NCBI RefSeq assembly: GCF_000142905.1
Contig: NW_013657655.1
Location: 372,285-436,284, forward strand
Reading direction: 5' to 3'
Origin: Thecamonas trahens ATCC 50062
Lineage: Eukaryota; Protista; Apusomonadida
Length of the DNA: 64,000 nucleotides
Positions 12,501-21,536 of the stretch are shown piece after piece. Position numbers and translations under genes: made by a program. The first letter of the stretch is position 1; each line of letters begins with the position of its first letter. A model generated the notes under the pieces. That model was given only the letters and a program-made list of their open reading frames with translations, had not been told where the DNA came from and did no database searches.

Positions 12501-12685
12501 GCGTCGACATCAAGCTCTTCCAACACGCCCTCCTGTCCGCCGAGGACCGAGAGTAGCTGGAGCCGGTTGGGGAAGAGCTTGCTGAGGCCGTCTCTCTCGT
12601 AGCTCTGCTCATTGACCTCGTACTTGACCTTGTCTTCTCCACGCAGCGCCTCAGCCTCGAGCGCCCCCGCGTCAACTCCAGCCAT
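9503..12685 (-). CDS. P2B (PMCA-like) Ca2+ P-type ATPase with degenerate catalytic motifs
   Basis: LVVGDIV, VPADG, TGEAD, VPEGLP, YVKGAAE, IRKFLQFQFTCNV, LLWVNLIMDTFAAIALA, and about 10 hydrophobic segments. Confidence 0.92.
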   Translation of the reverse strand: MAGVDAGALEAEALRGEDKVKYEVNEQSYERDGLSKLFPNRLQLLSVLGGQEGVLEELDVDAAQGIDEAELEARGLRWGFNATHIAKRSFVHFMLSAANDFTLIMLIITAFLSLSLGVSISEFAADTGGAGYVEGTSILIAVTIIIIFTAINENYKDHQFAELAAALQNEEVTVLRASSLDIQQVPANDLVVGDIVHVFRGAVVPADGLLLGDPCKMNELEVTGEADDVRKSYSHDPFIMRGSHVAEGRVVMVVVAVGDSTYLARKRARDARRSVDEHTSLQNKLANLGKQVGKLGLAIAVVLVSVLSAKYLITRVVKGDSIDNEAIERMTEYILTGLTLTVVSVPEGLPFSVTLAIAFSIIRMVGEHNMVRNLSSVETMGRCSEVVIDLTGAVTVNHMILDQGYIAGKQFAIADYQDYDFSSLARPWGQLSLEPDEDAMADSVLGLLQHSLFLNSRAAIIAPDIDILAEDDDDLIVGADGVTRKYYGNETEISLLKFGTALSSKFGTYEELRHAYHGHTVATFPFDPVAKWSAVLLRLDAPLSSAFRTGRPSLFSDSRSSDSYGHASLRGDERYRLYVKGAAELLLGFCTRIVDENGEVVNIVPFQHKLRKMIKAWTHAGRRVLTLAYKDIGFRPPPDVADADVTEMVCLGIVGISDSLLPSVRGEIRAAQQAGVMVRLVTGESLPRAITLARKISIYNPEYHLAMDSFEYNKMTNDELKSMVPTLTILARATPDDKLRIISQLQSDFGAVVAVTGGDLADRRSLIAADVGFAMGVSGSGVAREAADIVLLSDDFGSIVNTIRWGRNVFSSIRKFLQFQFTCNVVTVLITIIGSVTNSRGEPPISPVGLLWVNLIMDTFAAIALASDSPSPDLLRKTKPVSSSENVVTRVMMMHIFGQAAYQLLMLLLVLFIGPAFFTVERYRRKHFTLVFNAHVMMTLFNFFNVRSVFQQQNVVSGLGRNYYFWAVLLFSGAVQGAIVTIGGSWTKTEPLGPLQWASCLVLGAGTLLVGAFLRTIPTRGILLESKDIHDSPKDRAEWRMTLNRRPMAEKVRVAFRVNG

Positions 12686-12873
12686 GACTCTTGTCCTTCT
12701 GGCCCGCCTGCAGAGGGGCTTTAGTTAGGTAGCCGGCGTCCGCGTTGGCGCCGTAGCCCGAGGGGAAGGCGGCCGAGTGCCGAGTGGCGATCGTGATCAG
12801 GAGCGTGATCATGATCGCCAGGCACTTGGCTCCTGGCTCTTGGGCGGGCTTGGGTGAGGAGGTGCTGGTGGGC

Positions 12874-13518
12874 ATGGCAGAGGCACAAGAGTTAGCACGG
12901 CAGACGCGGGTGCTTGCGCAGGTACGAGGGCGGGTGGCTGGGGCGCAGCAGGCGGCGGTGGGGGCGCAGGCTGAGGCAGCGCGGGACGAGGCGGCGCGGC
13001 TGAGGGCTGAGGCCGACAACGCGCGGGCGCGGGCGGCGCGAGCCGAGGAGGCGCAGCGGGCGGCCGAGAGCGCGCTCAAAGCGGCGCAAGAAGAGCTGCG
13101 GCGCGCAAATGAGGCTGCGGCGAACAAGGTGGAGGGCATCCCGCTGGTGGTGCATCTGCAGGCGGTGGAGGCGGCCAAGGGCGCGCAGGCGGCGGCCGGC
13201 GAGCTCGAGCGCCGTCTGGCCGCGGCGACGGCGCGAGCCGAGGCAGCCGAGGCGGCGGCGGAGCAGGCGCGGACAGATCGTGCGGCGGCGCGAGAGGAGA
13301 TCGCCAGCGCGGCAGGTGGGCTGGAGAAGCGTCTGGCGGAGATGCAGGTGGCGCACCGGCAGGCGCTGTATGTGGCCGAGCGCGAGAACACCGAGCTGCG
13401 ACGCGAGAACGAGGCGCTGCGCAAGGCGGCGGCGGTGGTGGGCAGGCGCAAGCGGGCAGGATCAGGAGCAGGCGCAGGCGCAGGCGCAGGGGGAGGAGGA
13501 GGACGGAGCCGCGGATGA
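12874..13518 (+). CDS. Hypothetical coiled-coil protein
   Basis: Ala/Glu/Arg heptad-rich ORF (MAEAQELARQ...) with GC-ending codons and a basic C-terminus. Confidence 0.6.
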   Translation: MAEAQELARQTRVLAQVRGRVAGAQQAAVGAQAEAARDEAARLRAEADNARARAARAEEAQRAAESALKAAQEELRRANEAAANKVEGIPLVVHLQAVEAAKGAQAAAGELERRLAAATARAEAAEAAAEQARTDRAAAREEIASAAGGLEKRLAEMQVAHRQALYVAERENTELRRENEALRKAAAVVGRRKRAGSGAGAGAGAGGGGGRSRG

Positions 13519-13577
13519 AACGGTTTACTGGATGCATCAGCGAGTGGGAAAAGACCGTAGCATGCAAGGCAATACGA

Positions 13578-13737
13578 TTAAAGGTTGGCGAACATGTGCG
13601 GGGCGGTGGCGCCGTTGGCGTCGGCAGCGAGCTCGCCCGAGACGCAGGTCCACTCGGCGTAGCCGCCGTTGGTGACCGGGGTGCAGGTGTCAGTGCGGAT
13701 CGAGGCCGAGCGGGCCGAGCCAGAGCAGGTCGAATCG
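13578..13737 (-). CDS. 3' fragment of a small Cys-containing protein whose 5' part lies in the 100-N gap
   Basis: DSTCSGSARSASIRTDTCTPVTNGGYAEWTCVSGELAADANGATAPHMFANL* has strong C/G third-position bias and is open into the gap. Confidence 0.5.
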
Positions 13738-14043
13738 NNNNNNNNNNNNNNNNNNNNNNNNNNNNNNNNNNNNNNNNNNNNNNNNNNNNNNNNNNNNNNN
13801 NNNNNNNNNNNNNNNNNNNNNNNNNNNNNNNNNNNNNGGGGGGGGGTGGGAAGGCGGGCAAGTGGCGCTGTTCGTTTGGTGGAGGTGGTAGGAGAAGGAC
13901 TGATGGTGGAGAGGGCGGACGGGCAAATGGGGATCGGAATGGGACATGGTGGTGATGATTGGGACGATTGGACTCCTGGTCTCTTGGTTGGCTGATGGCT
14001 GGCTGGCGATATCGCGGGGGCCGGGGGGGGGGGGGGAGGACAG

Positions 14044-14350
14044 CGCACAAAAGTCGAAGATTGCCCGCGAGCGCAACGCGGCGCGCAAGGCGGCGGCAGG
14101 CAAGGGCTCGCAGCTGAAGGCGATCAAGAAGGCGCAGAGCATTCAGTGCAAGGTCTGCTTCCAAACGTTTATGTGCACCTCGTCGCAGGCCTCGCTGCAG
14201 GCCCACATCGATGCCAAGCACTCGAAGCTCAACAAGACGTTTGCCGGGTGCTTCCCCGACTACGAGGCTGCCGCCGCCAGCTCGACCGCCTCCAAGAAGG
14301 CATCGAAGAACAAGGCCAAGGGTAACGCCAAGGGCGGCAAGAAGCGCTGA
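14044..14350 (+). CDS. ZNF706/At2g23090-like small C2H2 zinc-finger protein (4F5/SERF-like N-terminus); last exon, first exon probably in the gap
   Basis: AQKSKIARERNA...KGSQLKAIKKAQSIQCKVCFQTFMCT...HIDAKHSK...CFP. Candidate acceptor CAG at 14041-14043. Confidence 0.85.
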
Positions 14351-14428
14351 GCGCAGACCAGGTTGGATGTTGGTTCTCTCATAACACGATGGCGTTCGCC
14401 AGCTGGAGCAGAGAGGTACAGTAGCTGT

Positions 14429-15151
14429 TCAATACGGGGCATAGTACGAGGAGCGGCGGCGGCGGCGACGCCGACGACGACGGCGGCGGCGGCCTCGGCC
14501 GGTCTGCTTGGGCACAACCTTGATGAGCCGGCCCTTGAGCAGCGACTCGTTGAGGAGGATGGCGTTGTACACATTGTCCTTGTCGTCAAACTGGACGTAG
14601 GCAAAGCCGCGCGGGCGACCAGTGAACTTGTCCTTGGCGATGGTGATGCGGCGGATGGCGCCGCACGAGCTAAAGTGCTCGGTCAGATCGTCGTCCGTGG
14701 CCGAGAAGTCGACGTTGGTCACCAGCACTGTCCGCGCGTTCATCTCCTCGTAGTCGACCTCATCGTCGACACCACCGCGTCCAAGCCCGCCCTTCTCCTC
14801 GCCACCAGTCGTGCTGGCAGCCTCTCCGCTCGCCGCAGCACCGCTCCCGACCTCCTCGGCCGCCTGCAGCTTGGCCATCATCGCCGCCTCCTCATCCAGC
14901 TTCTGCACCGATGCCAGCATAGCCTCCAGCTCCGCTGCGGCATCATCCACCGGTGCCGCCGCACTCTCGCTCGTCGGCTTGCTCGCCTCAGCCTCCACAC
15001 CTTCATCGGCAGCGGTAGATGCGCTAGCCGCGGGCTCGGGCGAGGTGGCAGCAGCGGTGGTGGCAGTGGTGGTGGCGGCAGGGGTTGGGGACTGTGTCTC
15101 GGGCGCAGGTGCAGGCGGGGTGGCCGTAGCCTCTTCTGCTCCTGTGGACAT
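14429..15151 (-). CDS. PABPN1: Nuclear poly(A)-binding protein
   Basis: Acidic N-terminus, coiled-coil ELEAML...LDEEA, RRM (NVDF...HFSSCGAIRRITIAKDKFTGRPRGFAYVQF...LNESLLKGRLIKVVPK), and an Arg-rich tail ending YAPY. Confidence 0.93.
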   Translation of the reverse strand: MSTGAEEATATPPAPAPETQSPTPAATTTATTAAATSPEPAASASTAADEGVEAEASKPTSESAAAPVDDAAAELEAMLASVQKLDEEAAMMAKLQAAEEVGSGAAASGEAASTTGGEEKGGLGRGGVDDEVDYEEMNARTVLVTNVDFSATDDDLTEHFSSCGAIRRITIAKDKFTGRPRGFAYVQFDDKDNVYNAILLNESLLKGRLIKVVPKQTGRGRRRRRRRRRRRRRSSYYAPY

Positions 15152-15737
15152 GGTAATGTCTCGAGTTGGGTGGAAGAGAGGTGATGCGGGGGTGGGGTGG
15201 GGTGGGGCGGGGGGGGGGAGGGGTTGGCCGAGGCCGAGGTGGTGGGATGTGGGGGAGGGGGAGGGGGTGGGGGATGGGGATGGGGATGGGGATGGGAAGG
15301 ATCGGGGAAGAATGGGGTGAGTGAGAGAGAGGTTGTGGGTTGTGATGGGTGGGGTGGATGGGGGGGAGGATGTTATCGATGTGTGGAGATGCGCAGAGGG
15401 GAGGGGGGCGTAGACGAGAGGGGGGAGGGGGGGGGGGCGATCGGAGGCGATCGGGGGTGATGGTGGGTATGAGAGTGGGCGTAAGGTAGTGGCGTTTACG
15501 ATGCTGTGGTAGTCATAGCGGGATAAGGTCGGACTGCTGCCTCTCCCGCCCTTCCCCTCCCTACCGATACCGCCACTTGCCCTCCCCCCCCCCGGTGCCC
15601 TGGCTCGCTAACCGGCGAAACGACAGACAGCTCAACGCCGGTGGCGGAGGGGGGGGGGGGGGAGGGAAGGCACACCGCACTCGAGCGGCAAGGGGGAAGG
15701 AGAAAGAGAGACAGAGGGGAAAGGGTGGCGTGCAAAG

Positions 15738-18327
15738 ATGCCGTTGGTGTGCAGTGGGTGTGGCGAGGAGCTGGTTGGCGTGCCGAGAAGGGTCGACGGA
15801 GCAGGTCCCTTTCACAGAGACTGCCTCCGCTGTGCCGTCTGTCAGGAATGGCTCCGGGACAGTCGTATCAAGGTCGCTGATGGCCAGCTCTACTGCCGCA
15901 AGCACCTCCCGCCCGCTTCGCCGACGGATGATACTGGCCAAGACGAGCCAGCGGCCGGCGTCGAGGACAGCAATGATGCGGTCGGGGTCGACAACGGGGA
16001 GCTAGAGGCTGAAGATGATGCCCAACATGACGATGACGACGACCAGAGAGGTGACGCTTGGTTTAATGATCGGTCGAGGAAAATCACCATCAAGATTCAT
16101 GCCTCTCAGGTGCTAGAGCGCGAGAATGCGCGTTGGGCGGCCGAGGACGAGTTTGCGTCGGTCAAGGAGGGCCTCATGGTCCGGCAGCGGAAGCGCGCCG
16201 GCTCGCTCGGCGACAAGGACGCACTGATGCGTCTGCGCCGTAGACTGCGGTTCAAGCTCGACGATGGTGAGGTTGTTCCAGTTGTTCCGGTTCTGGAGCA
16301 AGCCATCAAGTCGCCGCAGATGGCGCCCGCGCTAGACGAGCTCGCGCCGCTGGTCAACGAGGCCGGCCTGGAGGATGTCGACGACACGCTCGACGCCGAC
16401 ATCGCCGCCAGCGACGCCGGTGCCACAATCAGCCGGGTTAAGTTTGAGCGGTTGCTCCGCGAGCGCGACTCGCTGCAGCAGCGGCTGTCGGACGCGCTTG
16501 TCGAGCGCGAGGTCGCCTGGCGCCATGTCGACGAGCATGAGGCCAGCTTCGAGGATGCTGTGGCCCAGGTCCGGCGTGAGTTTGAAGCCGAGCTTCGCGC
16601 AGCACGGAGCCAAGCTGCAATGTTCGAAGCCGACGCCAAGCTCGGCAATCTGGCGGCCGCAGAGTCTCAGCGCGACGCCGCGCTTGCCGAGCGCGACGCC
16701 GCACGCGACGCAGAAGCTGCCGCGCTTGCCGAGCGCGACGCCGCACGCGCAGAGGCTTCCGCAGAGGCTGCCCGCGCCGCCTCGCTTCAGATTGACCTCG
16801 ACTCGGCCCGAAGCTCTGCCGACGAGCTGGCGCGGCATCTTGATGCCGCCCGCACCGCCGCCGAGGCCGCTGCGGCGAGCGACAGCGCGGCTGAGCTGCA
16901 TGATGCGGTTGCGGCGTTGAGAGACGAGCGTGACGTTGCGCTGGCGGCTGCGGCCCGGCTAGAGGCGCGGCTTGAGGCTGCGCTGGCTGCCCGAGACTCG
17001 GCTGCGGCTGCTCATGATGCTGCGAATGCGGCACGGGACGAGGCTTTAGCGGAGCTGGGTGTGGTGGCGGCCAAGCGTGACGAGGCTTTGGCGGAGCTTG
17101 GGGTGGTGGCGGCCAAGCGTGACGAGGCTTTGGCGGAGCTTGGGGTGGTGGCGGCCAAGCGTGACGAGGCTTTGGCGGAGCTGGGGGGGTGCGGCCAAGC
17201 GTGACGAGGCTTTGGCAGAGTTGGAGGTGTTGGTGGCTGAGCGTGATGAGGCCGTGGCTAAGCTGGACTCAGTAACGGCAGAGCGCGATCAGGCCGTGGC
17301 TAAGCTGGACTCAGTAACGGCAGAGCGCGAGCAGGCTTTCGCCGACAAAGACGCAACAGTAGCAAAGTTCAACAAGTGCAAGACTGAGCTTGTCGCTGCA
17401 CGCGCAGACCAGGAGACCGCCCGAGATGCATGCGCACAGCTCGAGACCGTCTCAGATGCGCTCAACCACACTCACACCGAACTCGAGGCTGCCCGCGAAG
17501 AGTTGGCCCGCTTGGCAGCCGTAGAAGCTCAGCTGGCTCAGGCTCAGGCGGCAGCAGTGGCAGCAGCCGATGAGCTAGCCGGCGTCAAGGCCAAACGCGA
17601 TGCGCTTGCCGCCGAAGTCAACGCCGCCCGTGGCAACGTCGCCGGCATGGCTGCGCTCAAGGATGAGCTCGCTACCGCGACAGCCGAGCGCAACGCCCTT
17701 GTTGCTGCCGTCGCCGAGTACGAATCCGCGCTTGCCGAACTCCGCGACGACCGCGACAACCTTGAGTCCACGCTAGATGCGGTCGAGGAGCGGATGTGCA
17801 GCGAAGCCAGCGACGCCCGCGCCGGCGCCGCCCAAGTCAACGACGTCACCGCCGTTCTGCGCCAGGCCTCGGCTCAGGTCGCCACCGCCGCCGAGCTCAA
17901 CGACACCATCGCCTGGATGCAGGACACGCTCGAGGAGCTGATGGAAACCAACTCCCGTCTCAGCCGTGACAAGGATGGCGTCTACGACGACAACGCCGTC
18001 CTCGCCCGCGAGAACGCCACCCTCCGCGATCTCATGGCCTCGGTCATGGACACACTCCTCGCCGTCGCAGCTCGCCGCAACAAGGACAAGAAGCGTGCCG
18101 CCCGCACCGCGCATCGCCTCGCCGCAGAGCGCGACGACGCCATCATCGTCGCCAAACGCCACGCCGCCACCGTTCTCACCGAGCGTCGTCGCGCTGCCGA
18201 CACCGCCGCAGATCTCGCCCTTGTCCAGGCAAAGCTCGACAACGCCAACAAGGCCCTCACTGCAAAGGCCGATGAAGCTAGAAAGCTCGCGCTTGCCCTT
18301 GCCCGTCTCTGCGCCTCGCCCGAATGA
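15738..18327 (+). CDS. LIM-domain plus long coiled-coil protein; frameshift at about 17185-17192
   Basis: LIM pattern CSGC...FHRDCLRCAVC...LYCRKH. The coiled coil continues across ORFs 15738-17204 and 17059-18327. Confidence 0.8.
17037..17202 (+). repeat. Coding tandem repeat, 42-bp unit (DEALAELGVVAAKR) x4; the fourth copy is 2 nt short
   Basis: Unit GACGAGGCTTTGGCGGAGCTTGGGGTGGTGGCGGCCAAGCGT starts at 17037, 17079, 17121 and 17163. Confidence 0.92.
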
Positions 18328-18973
18328 ATGAACCACAATGCTTCGTCCCAATCCGAGTCTGATATTTGTCCCGCCCAGCATGTCGGGTAATGTTTACTAT
18401 ATCACCGCAATTACATCGCCAGCTCACCAAAGTGGTTCGCTGATCAAGCGCACGGACACACTCGACCACGCTCACTACCCCCGATTGAACAGCATACGAG
18501 AGCAATGAAGAAAGTAATACCAGCAGCACATGCTCACACATATGATAAACTCAGCCACTGATGAGTAGTATTTGGAAAGACGTACTTGTCGAGATCTACC
18601 TCCGAAACCGCCCTCTCCCTCCACCCTGTGATTGTGATCTCGCCCCGGATCCCTCTTCCCCTCCAACCGCCGACCTCTTCAGACCCTCTCCACCCTCCAT
18701 CTCGTCATCCCACTCCCCTACCATCACTCCCTCCCCATCTCTCAGCACCTCTCTCTCTCTGCCACCATCAATCTCCCCCCGTCCCATCGCAGCCTCTCAT
18801 CGCTCAAGATCGTTCCCCCCAACCCCTGTCTGCTTTGTCACTCTCCGCCAAGTCGCGCTCCCGTCGGCTCGCCACGACAGACGACCTCCCAACACCACAC
18901 ACCTTTGGGCAAGGTACGGAGAGAGAGCGAGAGAGAGCGAGAGCCACTCAACGCAATCCAAGTCTCCCTCCGC

Positions 18974-20960
18974 ATGGCCCGACGCAAAAGCAGTACGCCT
19001 CAATGCGCATGCCCTTACCGTCCCCCCCCCCCCCCTCTCCCTTCCCTCTCACTCTCACACATACTCTCTCTCGGCGCTAGGCGGACGTGGACGTCGTGGT
19101 GGTGGCGGGCGCGGGCGCGGAGGAGGTGGTGCGTCTATGGAAGTCGAAGGTGGAGGGCGTAATGGTGGTGGTGGTGGTGGTGGTGGTGGGCGAAGGGGCT
19201 CGCAATCTTCTTCTTCTTCTTCTCGAGGTGGCCGTGGCCGCGGCCGTGGTCGTGGTGGTGGCGGTCGTGGTGGCGGGGGCGGCGGAGAGTGGAAGGCTTC
19301 CATCTTTGGCTTGCCTGGTTGCTCTGTCTCGGAACTGCTCAAGTTTCTGCGGTCAAAGATTGGGGCGCTGTCGGCCCAGGTGGATATGAAGGGCAACAAG
19401 GCCTTTCTCACCATCGCCTCGTCGAAGCAGGCTAATGCGCTGAAGCGGGTTGATGGAATGTCGTTCAAGCGCTCCAAGCTGTCGGTGCGCGTGACTGGCC
19501 CATCGGGCGGCGGCAACTCGAGCATGGAGATGGAAGGCTCGTCGAGCCGAGTTGGCAAGGGCTCAAAGTCCAAGATGCCGTTCAAGAAGAGCTACAACGC
19601 CAACGAGATCTCTGCGCTGGAGAGCGCGCTTGCGGCGCGGTACGATGCGGGCAGCCAGTGCCTGCAGCTTGACGCGCTGCATCAGGTTGGCAACGCGCGG
19701 ACCTTTGCGCCGCACTTTGGCAACAAGGTCTTTGTCGACCTCCTCCTCGACTGCCTCCGGCGCAATGTGCCGGATCTGGCGATGCTCTCGCTCCAGCACA
19801 ACTACATCAAGGACCTGCGCCTGTTTGCAGGGCTTGGCAAGGCTGTTCCGGGGCTCAAGGCGCTCTCACTGGCGTCCAACGCCGTGTCGTCGTTCAAGGA
19901 CCTGGACGCGCTCGCGCTGCCGGGCCTCTGCATCTTTGAGCTCGGAGACAATCCGGTGACCCGCAACATCGATCCAGTCGAGTACCAGTGGCAAGTTCTC
20001 CGCCGCTTTCCGGACGTTGTCACCCTCGACGGCGCGCCAACCGAGGCCACTGTCCGCTTCCCGCTCCCCGACGACGTGCTGGCGTCGGTCCAGGCCTCGC
20101 CGGGCCTCCCTGCCACTGGCTCGTACGCCGAGGATGGCGGCCCGGGCGAGCTTGTCCAGGCCTTCCTCTCCAAGTTTCTGGCCGTCTACGACTCGCCGGA
20201 CCGGACTGGCCTTCTTGACGCATACCATCCGACCGAGTCATACTTTTCACTCACCGCTGAGGGCGACATCGACGACGTCACCACCGATGCCTTTGCCAAG
20301 AAGAAGGATCGCCGTCCGCGACGCGGGCGCAAGAAGGGCAAGGACGACGTGGCGGACCCAAGCCTCGTCGACTACTACCCGCTCTCGCGTAACTTGCTTG
20401 CTGTCACCACCGTGACTGAGCGCATGAAGCGAGTCGCATGCGGCAACATTGACGTCATCAACGCCATCACCCACCTCCGCGCCACCGCTCACGACACCTC
20501 GTCGGCCGTGGCCGACCAGGTCGTCGCCTACGCCGGCTCGGTCCCGGTCATCATTGTCTCGCTCCATGGCGTCGTATGCGAGACCGCAGACGGCATCGTC
20601 CGCCCCTTTGACCGCATCCTTACCCTCACCCAAGCCGAGCCCGAATCGCTCGCCGCCGCCGCAGGCTGGCCGCTCTACGTCATCAACGACATGCTCCGCG
20701 TCCGCAAGGCCATCACCAACGACCGCCAGGCCGACACCGTCCTCCGCGCCCTCTCGCCCGGACCTTCTGGCCCCAGCGACGCGCCGAGCCTTAACCCCGA
20801 CCAGATGTCGCTCGTCCGCGAGCTCTCCCTCCAGTTCAACTTCAACTTTGAGTTTGCCTCGGCCGTCCTCGATGCCAACGGTTGGATGCCCGACGCCACC
20901 CTCGCTGCCCTTCAGGAAATGGACGCCCGTGGTGCCATCCCAGCCAATGCCTACAACTAG
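18974..20960 (+). CDS. NXF1: Nuclear mRNA export factor (TAP/Mex67). Predicted exon 1 18974-18992, intron 18993-19080, exon 2 19081-20960
   Basis: RGG-rich N-terminus, RRM-like segment, LRRs (LSLQHNYI, LSLASNAV, LGDNPV), NTF2-like domain (FLSKFLAVYDSPDRTGLLDAYH...FSLT...RNL...INDML) and TAP-C (GAIPANAY). Intron GTACGC...CTAG is phase-consistent. Confidence 0.9.
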
Positions 20961-21536
20961 CGCAGTCGGTTGTAAAAAGACGCGAAAGTGCCGATCCGCA
21001 AGCTTGTGCAAGTCTCCTCCGCCACTACCAATCCCAGCCAGCCGATGTGTCAGCTGTGACCCGCTGCCGTTTGCCCATGCAACCCCCGCGCAGCGCGATC
21101 AGATCGCACTCTTCACACACTCAACTCCAACTTGTCCCAACAACCCCCAACCCCAAACTGTATGCCTCATCCCCATCCCCGCTGTCATCTTTGCCATACC
21201 TGTCCTGCCTTGCCCATACCAGCCGCGCGCGTTCCGCCTGGACCGGAGACCCTGCACACAAAATTTCAACTTTTTCAGCCGTTGTTCCCCCATTGGCGCC
21301 CACCTGCTCTCCGCCCTCTGTACCGCTACCAGAGGCAATACGCCCCCCCACCAACCCCACCAACCCCATATGGCTTGTGTGGCATGTAGCAAGAAGTACA
21401 CACCTCGAGTGTGTGTAAAGGGCGTACTAGAGACGACAACATGTGACTCACCCAGTCCCCCCCTGCTGCTGCTGCTGCCACTGTCGCCATCATTCTGATC
21501 TGCATTCAATCATGGTCGCCTCTCTGCAGGACGAAG

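Noticed and set aside
14440-14500. Poly-Arg tail of PABPN1 as a frameshift artefact
   Set aside because: The frame ends in the conserved YAPY-stop and PABPN1 tails are normally Arg-rich.
17037-17330. 42-bp repeats as a possible CRISPR array
   Set aside because: No spacers; they are in-frame coiled-coil coding repeats in a eukaryotic gene.
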